DNA of 64,000 nucleotides from contig CM102286.1 of the NCBI GenBank assembly GCA_046563655.1, positions 6,820,001 through 6,884,000 on the forward strand. The letters run 5' to 3'. This stretch comes from Yuukianura sp. NJ FZ-2021. Lineage: Eukaryota. Both the position numbers and the translations under genes were made by a program. The notes under the pieces were generated by a model. It was not told the origin of the DNA and ran no database searches. It worked only from the letters and a program-made list of their open reading frames with translations. Of this stretch, positions 27,695 to 37,200 are shown piece by piece; position 1 is the first letter of the stretch, and every line of letters begins with the position of its first letter.

Positions 27695-29584
27695 TTAATT
27701 GTCGTCGCTGTCCACTTCCAGGGAAGCTGATGAGTCATTTTCCACCGAATCCGGAACCCATACAGGTTCTGACGTAGTTCCCGTGTCAACTTCATCTCCA
27801 TCGGCTTCGACCTTTGGCGCCAGAGTCGTGTGAGATTTTGACTTCGATTTCTTTGGCTTCGCAATTTTGTGACACAACATGTCCTCTTTCACCTCAAACT
27901 TCTTTTCACACAGGCACCGCCCTGCTACCAAAATATTCGAATTCATCTGCACACAGTGTGCTCCCTCACTGCATTCTGTGACATTTTTCGAGAGGCTTCC
28001 TAGCTGCATTTTTTTATCGCGATAACATCGAGCACCAACGACGCCTAAACATTGGCGTCGAGTAGCATCATAGCTGGTTAAAGTATCAGCACATGCGCAG
28101 AAACCGTTCCGACATTCCAGCTGTGCCAGGGTGTCACACGGAGTCGTATCGTCTGCGTCACATGTCGAGTTCCAGGCCTTGTCGCATTTCCCAGACATGT
28201 CTTCCACAAATCCTCCTGCACAAAGACATTGTTTTCTTCCCGTCTCTGGAACAACTTGGCAAACGGCGTTCGTCAAACAGTCTGAGTCTTCGTTACAAAA
28301 AGACGAAACGCGTCCAAGACATTTTTTGCTTGAGTCGTTATAAATTTGATGCTGGGCTTGCGGACAGTTGCAACGGTCGTTGGTACATTTGAATGAGTCG
28401 GAGCATGGCGTTGACTTGGAACATGCTCGTCCGTAACCTATCCCACATGTACCCGTGGAAGTAGGCGAGAAGTACTCCGAGCATGAGCAAACATTCTCAA
28501 CGCACTCTGAATTCTTAACGCAGTGGGATTCTGGGTTACACGGCAGTCGAGCTAGACCAACACATTGCGATAAGGTGTCAGTTACGACAGTCTCAATGGT
28601 AGCGTTGATGAATACGTAGTTGTAACAATTGTGCGGACAACGGTAGCTAGAATCTCCAAGCCATTCTCCTTTAAATTTTTTATCACTATTGTACTCTTCG
28701 TAATAAAGTTGATTTCCTTCATCATCAAGCCCTGCGTTTCTGGAATTCCAATTAATAACTTCTTTCCTCGCGTAGGTTGTTACAGTGCGCTGTTTTTGAA
28801 AAGTTTGAAACAGCGAATTGGTTGGATCGCATCCACATTTCCCGTTGACGCATTTGAGGTACTTCTTCATAAATTGGCATTCTTCGTCTCCAGAACACGC
28901 TTCGCCAAAATCTTTTTTCACATGGCAGTACCCATCTCCTCCAGGGTAATTGTAATCCGGCTCTTTGCACGCACAGACGCCATTTTGAAGGCTAGTTCCT
29001 TCTATACAAAGCGTTCCTCCGGTATTCGACGCTCCTGCCTTCGTGACGCACATGGAAGTGTAATTGACCTTGTTTGGTACAGCATATATGTGTTCATGAT
29101 CAGCCGCACATCGGCATTGACCTTGGATACAGAAGAGAGACTTCATGTCCTTACATTCTGCACTGGATACGCACGATTCATTAATATCCTTCTGCTCTAA
29201 GCACTTTCCATCCACAGTTTCAAAGTGACCCGGATCACAGGAGCAAGTGAACCCGTTGTTGCAGTGCGCATTTGCGACGCATTCCGTGCTCTCATACAGA
29301 ACCATACCTGCATTATCCGATGTCGTGTCAGCAATTTGGAACTTACAACGCTCGCCGGGCTGTGAAACACATTTGCCCTTGGTCGTGTCAAAGATCATAT
29401 CCTCCATCAAGCAAGCGCAAAGAGACGACTGGCATTTAAGCCAACTTCCTTTCTCACACTTGACTGTTTCATTACAATGCTCTCCGAAAGAGCTTCGTTG
29501 TACTGCTTGACCACGACACAAAGCAAACAAGACACAACTGATCACGAGGAGGGATAGTCCTATTCGACTTGGAACCATTTTCAT
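27695..29584 (-). CDS. Secreted cysteine-rich protein with EB-module/EGF-like repeats (single exon)
   Basis: Signal peptide MKMVPSRIGLSLLVISCVLFALCRG; many C-x5-C...C-x-C repeats; acidic tail; no transmembrane helix seen. Confidence 0.85.
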   Translation of the reverse strand: MKMVPSRIGLSLLVISCVLFALCRGQAVQRSSFGEHCNETVKCEKGSWLKCQSSLCACLMEDMIFDTTKGKCVSQPGERCKFQIADTTSDNAGMVLYESTECVANAHCNNGFTCSCDPGHFETVDGKCLEQKDINESCVSSAECKDMKSLFCIQGQCRCAADHEHIYAVPNKVNYTSMCVTKAGASNTGGTLCIEGTSLQNGVCACKEPDYNYPGGDGYCHVKKDFGEACSGDEECQFMKKYLKCVNGKCGCDPTNSLFQTFQKQRTVTTYARKEVINWNSRNAGLDDEGNQLYYEEYNSDKKFKGEWLGDSSYRCPHNCYNYVFINATIETVVTDTLSQCVGLARLPCNPESHCVKNSECVENVCSCSEYFSPTSTGTCGIGYGRACSKSTPCSDSFKCTNDRCNCPQAQHQIYNDSSKKCLGRVSSFCNEDSDCLTNAVCQVVPETGRKQCLCAGGFVEDMSGKCDKAWNSTCDADDTTPCDTLAQLECRNGFCACADTLTSYDATRRQCLGVVGARCYRDKKMQLGSLSKNVTECSEGAHCVQMNSNILVAGRCLCEKKFEVKEDMLCHKIAKPKKSKSKSHTTLAPKVEADGDEVDTGTTSEPVWVPDSVENDSSASLEVDSDDN

Positions 29585-30297
29585 TCGAAATTTTAAGAAA
29601 AACTCACAACTTTCAAAAACAGTCTTTAGACTTGAATGATCAACTGCAACAGAAAGTTTATTTATTTGCGTCTGCAGTTCCTTGTTCCACATCTACACGA
29701 TTTCAAAACAGCAAGCTGACCTATGACCTTCTTCCCATCTTGTACAACTGTGAGTCTCGGCGCCAAACAAGTCCTTGTTTGTTCAAAATTAGTCATACAC
29801 AGATAAAATTTTAAATACTTACGACTAGAGATGAAAAAGAAAACAAGGATGGTCTGCATGACCTGACCTCTGCCCTATGCGATTAATCGCAGCGTCAACT
29901 TGATAAGCCATATTTACCAACGCTGGATACAACTTCCAAGCAATTGACAAATTCGAAAGAGAGATACAGAAGCTGAGAAGCATTTTGCCAGTAGTGTTCA
30001 AAGTTCAGCGACTCGTGTATTTATTTTTTAGCTATTTACAGATGTATGTATGTATGTTTCTGTATGTATCCCTTTTTTCTGTTTTAGTTGGTAGATCCAA
30101 AGAACTATTACCACAAAAGTTGCTTACAGCTTAATTATAATACGCTTACAGAAATGAGCGGTAAAATTTAAACCAAAACGTAAATGTCTCTCCAAAACAG
30201 AAATTGAACACATGAACTAAACGGACTAAAAACTTTGGTAAGATTGTGATACCCAAAACCCAATCTGCTTATAAGGGTAAAATTGCTAATACTAGGT

Positions 30298-32165
30298 TCA
30301 AAATGCAATGAGAAGATTTATAATTGAATTTACAACTACGTCTGACCAGATACGCAAAAGAAACTCCCTAGTTTCAAAGGTAGAGACGCTACCAACGTGA
30401 ATACGTAGAGGAGTCATTCCCATCCAGAATTTCGATTCATATGTTGCTATGCTTTTTATTCCTTGGTTATGGCGACGCGCTGCCTGAATCAAGCTTTTGG
30501 ACAGAATGTGCTGATCCGTTGAGAGACTGAGAGTGAAATTTGTGGAAAATAGACAATTGAAATCAGCAACAATAATAAGAAAAATGACGATAAAGGGAAG
30601 GTCGGAGCCCCGAATTATGATAAATGTCATAGTGACTACCGCCATTAATAAGTTCGCAACGAAAAAGGTAATTTGATATCCAAACGCTACTCGAAATGCT
30701 TCAGCCGTTACCTTCACCTTCATGTACTCAAATCCAGTTGAAGTCGAACGATCCAAATTCCCCTTGGATTCATTTCTGCGAACATCAATTACACCGTAGC
30801 ACGCCATTAGATCAAAAAAATTAGGTAAGCAGAATTGACGTCAGCAGAAAATAGGTAAGTTGAAATTATGTAAGCAATGCATTTAGGTAAGCAATAGATT
30901 TAGGTAAGCAGAAAAGAGGTAAGTGGAAAGTAGGTAAGCGGCATAATTAGGTAAGCAGGATTTACATAAGTCACGAAGGCAAAATGTTTGGTTAGGGTTT
31001 GCTCGTTACGTTAGGTTAGCTTTATAGTTTCCCGCGCCAAAGGCTCGGTGTTAGGTTTTCAAAAGTTTGAAATACTGATTCGATCTCGAGGCATCGCTAA
31101 GGTTTGATTATGTTATCTAACGACCAAAATTTGAGCACTAAATAGTAACTTTTTTCAAAATTTCACCTTCGTGACTTATGTAAATCCTGCTTACCTAATT
31201 ATGCCGCTTACCTACTGTCCACTTGCCTCTTTTCTGCTTACCTAAATCTATTGCTTACCTAAATGCATTGCTTACCAAATTTCAACTTACTTATTTTCTG
31301 CTGACGTCAATTCTGCTTACCTAATTTTTTTGATCTAATGGCATGGAACCAATTACACACGTTATATCATAAATCCAACCAGTAATAAAGATTTAACTAA
31401 CTAGTCGTAATGCGGTGCAAGATGCGACCCAACAATTGCATGATTGTTGTATTGTTTTGCCTACCCATTCAAGCTCATGTCCTTTAGTTGTTGGTTAGTC
31501 ACATATAAGTTTATGTAAAACCAATGGCCCTGTATAAAGCAATTTACCACCGCATGACCCAGTCCAACTGCGATGGTACCAAGGACAGTGAATTTGAGAA
31601 GACCATAAACCCAGAAGTAAGTAATGGCTCCTTCGAAGCTCAGTTGCGAAGCTATTGAAGCTAGTGCTTGGTGTAACGTCGTGTATAGACCAGGGAATGA
31701 CCATGACGTAAAATACAACACTGGCAAGTAAATTAATGGGAACATAACTGAACTGTAAGAGAAAGCGAAACATATTATGTCAAAAGAGCGCGGTAGTTTT
31801 CTGGAAAGATTGAACTTCGTCTGAAGCGCGACGTTAGTGCCGTTAACACAACGTTGTCGGGTAGTCGGAATAAGGTGTATCCATTGAGACATGTGCATCA
31901 TAATAAACACGAAATTCATGCTAACACCAAACACTATTTCAAATTGTTGTGCGTTCCCAATAAATGCTTCATAGTACCAATAAGATACAAATACTCCGAC
32001 AACGACGGTTGAAAAGATTCCAAAAATTGTTTCTACAACTTGATGTTTAGTGTGAACAATACGATCAGGCTGTCCAGCTCCGAACTGATACGTTACCGGT
32101 ACGTAGTGCATAAAGTTTGCCCACTTATACATCCACCTCTCCCATATGTTAAAACGTTGCTTCAT
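30298..32165 (-). CDS. Gustatory/chemosensory receptor-like multi-TM protein (2 exons)
   Basis: Exons 32165-31465 and 30775-30298 join in phase (LNG|NES); several hydrophobic helices; GR-like C-terminus PLRIHVGSV...VVVNSIINLLIAF*. Confidence 0.75.
30795..31350. mobile_element. MITE with 8-bp TSD in the intron of the GR-like gene
   Basis: Arms of about 185 bp with repeated TAGGTAAGC; right end ATGGAACC, left end degenerate; TSD AATTACAC at 30787-30794 and 31351-31358. Confidence 0.88.
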
Positions 32166-33567
32166 ATCGTAAATTATGATTCGAAATTTTATTTTCAATA
32201 GGTAAAATATGTTTTCACAGAATTCAAGTTACTCAAATGCTAACACTACCGTAACCACAGAAGTAACATTATAGGTTCAAAATTCCTCACTCAGTATAAA
32301 AAACAACGCTTAGACTTTATACTGCTTTTGCAAACCTGAGAAACTTGATTTATAAGTTTTCCAACTTAAGCTCAAACGCAATTTACTTTAATTCGTCGAA
32401 GAATCGTGACGATTCCAATTATCGCTCATGTCAAAAAATTCCGTGAAGCTAAATGATTCATGAAGGTAAGCTATGCGTTAGGATTATAATCAACCTGTGG
32501 GCTTAATTTACCCTGCTACTGACGGTTTATACGAGATTTAAGCAACCTTGGTCAGGGCACAATATCTAAGCTCGATTAACCGTACATAGAAAAAAAAACA
32601 AAAATATTATTATCTTTCTTGGAATGGGCGCGGTGATTGGAAAAAGTACTTTCTTATTCCATTTTTTTGATAATTGCGAAATAAAATGCCACCCATATTT
32701 AGGATAGTTCGGTTGTGATGAAGGAGTCAGTCAGTCCTCAGGGTATGTTGAAGACTAAAAAAATACAAGAGAATGGTAATTAAAGTGTAAATTATTAATT
32801 TCAATTATCGGTTAATGAAAATTTAAGCTCTACATGACAGTAATTGAGTTTTGCCTCAATAGTGTTGGCGTTGAGTCAATACAAACATCAACTTTCAAGA
32901 AGTGAACTCTTTTAAAGGTTTCTGCAGGTATAGTTACTGAATGCTGAAATAAAACGCTGTCGCAACGGTGTTGCTAATCTTGTAAAGCAAAGTAATGTAT
33001 AACTTTAGAGGAAAAACATCGTTTATTTAGTACAGCATTTACGCCTAATAGCAATAGCAAATATATTAATTTTATAGTCAGAAGATTATCTTATGTCCAT
33101 TTGAACATCACCGGACAAAATTGATGTTGTAACACAATTCCCATTGCATTTTAGAACGCTCGGCCCCTCCAACCGAAGTGGTGAAATGGGCTGCCTGTGG
33201 TACCACATTTTGAATGAAAATTTTAAGTAATTCATGACCATTAAACACATTAAAAGTACACAATTAAGCAAAGAGAAGTATTTTACAATTCTACAGAATT
33301 TAAACTGCAATAAAATTTTGCACGAAAATGAAAATGACTTTAGCCAACACAATGCATAAACAATTCTAACACCTATTTTTTCACGGCTAGTTTCTTTTTA
33401 AACCGATTTCGAAAAAGAAAATTTGTCATTTCGCATTAATTCTTAGTCATGGTTAAGTCTACACTTGAGAATCTCGCCCATTTCTTAACTTTACATAGGT
33501 TTAGCGGTATATTGCCACTGGATTCCATCTATGCTGCACCAGAACGCCAAGCTTGGACAGCTAGTAC

Positions 33568-33932
33568 TGTTGAATAAACGAGCCAATTTCAACTTAGGCA
33601 CAAATCAACTACCCGTTGATCTGTGGCTATCTAATTCCGAACACTTTAACCCTCGACTAATGAAAACTGGAAAGTCTGAACTGATCTTTGATTTGTTTAT
33701 GTTTATTTTACTTTTAAATCAATGCCATTTAATCAAATCTTTAAATTCCTAATCAGAGCCAATTCCCTTACTGCTTATCGGATCTCTTCCAAGTACTTAC
33801 TACTAAAAAGTTCCCTCTTTTTCCACTAGCAGTCGAAAAGGAAACGACGCTATCCCTTTTCAAATATATTTAGCGCCGTATTCTCAAATTTCCCAAAAAA
33901 CCAGAATTTAAAAAATAGCCATATTTCCAACA
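33568..33932 (-). repeat. 3' LTR of the BEL/Pao element
   Basis: TGTTGAATAAACG...TTTCCAACA on the + strand; appears identical to 39972-40336. Confidence 0.95.
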
Positions 33933-33952
33933 TTATTCCCACTTTTCCTTTC
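33933..33952 (-). other. Polypurine tract of the BEL/Pao element
   Basis: GAAAGGAAAAGTGGGAATAA on the minus strand, directly before the 3' LTR. Confidence 0.8.
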
Positions 33953-34071
33953 GACCGCTAGTAGAAAGGAAACTTCGTTAAATCTATTAAATCAAAATGA
34001 AACAAATGAAAGTTTAAAGTTGAAATTAACCTAAGTCCAAATTAAAACTGAAAACCCTTAATTCTAAGCTT

Positions 34072-34228
34072 TAAATCAGAAAACCTTAAATCTAGAGTAA
34101 ATCTAATCCAATTAAATCGGAAAGAACTTACATCTAAAACTTAAATCGGAAAAATCTTAGAACTAGAATTAAATCGGAAAAATCTTAAAACTAGAAATTA
34201 AATCGGAAAATCTTAAAACTAAAACTTA
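34072..34228. repeat. Degenerate tandem repeats of about 24 bp in the retrotransposon 3' UTR
   Basis: Repeated TTAAATCGGAAAAATCTTAAAACTAG-like units. Confidence 0.75.
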
Positions 34229-34252
34229 TCCGAATCCAGTTCCGATGTCTTC

Positions 34253-37200
34253 TTAATTTCCAAAACGTTCCGGTTTCTTCACAGTACGTCCAGATTTAGT
34301 CACAACCGGTACTTCGACTTGAATGTCGTCTGCTTCCTCTTCAGCGTATTCCATGGTCATCTCACGGTTTCGCTTCTGCTTTCCAGTAGCCTTCCGAACA
34401 TCTCCGACTGTCTTCTCGTCGCCAATCGACTCACGAACATCTCCGACTTTCTCCGGATCAGCTTCTTCGACTGGTAGCTCGTCCCTCCTCACTTCCAATG
34501 GCACTAAACGTTGAATTGGACGAGTTAGAATTCCAGTCTTGGTCCGAACTTTTGCGATACGAATTTCCCCGTCATTGCCAGGAATCAACTCGACAATCTT
34601 CGCCATTGGCCACAGGACCTTCTTCACCTTGTCGATTTCCACAATGACGATTTCCCCAACTTCAAATTGCCGAATCTTCTTCTCGTTGCCCCGCTGAACA
34701 AGTTGGCCTAAGTAGTCACTTCTGAATGCCTCCTTCAGTTCAGCCAGTAGTTTCCCCAGTTGTCGTTTCTTGTCATGTAGAGATGACACTTTCACTGTAG
34801 ATGCTTCTGGAACTTCACTTTCTGGTAAGTCGTGGAGGAACATTGCTGGAGTTATGGACACAAAATCATCTTGGTCCTCAGTGACGTACGTTAGTGGACG
34901 GTGATTAACAGCTGATTCCACTTCACACAATGCAGTCTCTAACTGTACATACGTCAATTTGGCGAATCCCAGCATCCTTCTTAGCAAGTCCTTGACGCTC
35001 CTAACCAGACGTTCCCACCATCCTCCCCACCATGGTGCAGAAGGAGGGTTAAACACCCACTTCACGCGATGAACTTGAGTTTTCTTTTGAACTGAATCCC
35101 AGTTGATGCTTTTGAACAAGTTCACGGCTCCGACGAAGTTGGTGCCGTTGTCTGTGTAAACGATGGTTGGTCTCTGTCTTCTCTTGCTGAATCTAATAAA
35201 AGAGAAAATAAAGTCTTCTGTAGACAGAGATTCAACTAACTCCAAATGAATTGCTCTGTACACTGCACAAGTAAACAACACAATGTACACTTTGTCCTTG
35301 TTCTTAAGTGTTAATGGGCCTGCCAGGTCAATTCCAGTGACCTCAAATGCTTTTGCATCTCTGACTCTTGGTTCCGGTAGTGGACAGATTCTGCTTTCGC
35401 CTTTCTTCCCATCAAATCTGGTACATCTGACGCACTTCCGGATGACTTTCTTGATGGCTCTGCGACTTTGAACAATCCAAAACTTCTCTCGTAGTTTAGC
35501 CATCATCAGCTGCGTCCCACTGTGAGAGTTCAGTTCGTGGGTCTCCATAATGATCAAAGTCACGAATGGATGAAAGTTTGGCAGTAAGATAGGGCGACGG
35601 AACAAATCACTGTCTTGACGGTTGGTAATCTTAGTTTTCACTCTAATGATTTCGTCCGTGTCCTTCTCCACTCTAAGTCCTTCAATGACACTTTTCTGAG
35701 TAGAAAACGATTCCAACTGCACAATTTTGATGAATCGTCGTTCCACACAGTCTAATTCTTCTGCCGTTGGTCGTATGCTGTTCTCTCGTTGTCCAATCTT
35801 CCGTGTATTGTTCAGGAACCGGAAAACAAATGCCAAAACACGGAGATTAGAACTGTAATTATTTTTAACTACATACCAAGGCCTAAAATCTGCAGTAACG
35901 TTGAGAGTCGAGATTCCCCGTTTCCTCTCCTGATCGACTGCTTCCTCGTCTGTCGGTTCTTCTGCCAGTGGCCACAATTCCTTTTGCAGTCGAAGCCAAC
36001 CCGGTCCTTCCCACCATCTCGACTCGACAAATTTGGTGGGTGTGATACCCCTGGAGGGTAGATCGGCTGGATTATGTATTCCGGGAATGTGATGCCACTG
36101 TGATGCCTGGGTCAACTGACAGATCTCCTTCACCCTGTTGCCTACGAAAGTCCCCCATTCGTTGCTTCTCTTGATCCAGGAAAGTGCAGTGGTCGAATCT
36201 GACCAAAAGTAGCATGGGACGTTGTCCAAATTCAGGGCCGTCTTCACTGACATTGCCAGTCTTGCTGATATGGTGCATGCGAGTAGCTCTAGGCGTGGAA
36301 TTGAAGCTCCCTTGATAGGAGCAACTCTGGATTTGGCCTGTAAGAGATGAACTTTGACATCTTCCTTGGTTTCCACTCGCAGATACACTACTGTAGCGTA
36401 GGCTCTCTTGCTGGCATCTCCGAAAATGTGAAGTTGGTAATTGTCAAAGTCATTGATCTTGTCTCCACTGACGTCTCTGCGTAATTTGACTTTGTCCATG
36501 ACTTGAGAGAGTTCAACTGACCAATTCACAAATTCGGTCACGATGTTAGGAGTCACCTCGTCGTCCCAATTTCTGTCTTCCATCCACGCCTGTTGCATGA
36601 GGATCCTTGGAACGATGAGAACTGGTGACCAAAGTCCAAGTGGGTCAAATACCTTCTGCAAAGAAGACAAAATAACACGTTTAGTTATTTTCGTAGGTAT
36701 TTCTGTAGGGATGACGTCACAAAACAAACTATCTTCGTCCTTGTCCCACTTTAACCCCAAAACGTTAGTCACACACTGATCTTCACAACTGCCACTTCTT
36801 TCCCACTGTCGTAGCTCCATCTTTGCAGTAGACAAAATTCCTGTAGACACTTCCTTAACAGTTTCAAACTCTTTCACAGTGTCCACTGCCAAAACCAAAT
36901 TGTCCACGTACAAAGATTTGATGATGTGAGTCACGACCGAGGGATTCTCACTGTGATGTTGGTTCAAATGATGAAAAATAACTGCACCCAGTAAAAATGG
37001 GCTACAGTTCATGCCGAACACCACTCGGTTGTGCATGTAAATTTTAACGTTCTTACGTTCTACGTCGTTCCACCACAAGAATCTGATGAAGTCCCGGTCC
37101 TCTGGATGAACTTCTATCATCAGAAATGCCTTCCGAATATCTGCGATGATCCCAATTTTCCCCATCCGAAATCGAAGTAAAATTGAAGGGATGAGATCCA

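Noticed and set aside
30820..31325. Regularly spaced TAGGTAAGC repeats resembling a CRISPR array
   Set aside because: Units and spacers are too short, they are mirrored in two inverted arms bounded by a TSD, the context is eukaryotic and there are no cas genes.
33531..33752. Short ORFs at 33531 and 39971 with the same peptide
   Set aside because: Antisense frames in the identical LTRs with no protein features.
33933..34252. Possible env gene in the BEL/Pao element
   Set aside because: Only about 320 bp of AT-rich repeats lie between pol and the 3' LTR.
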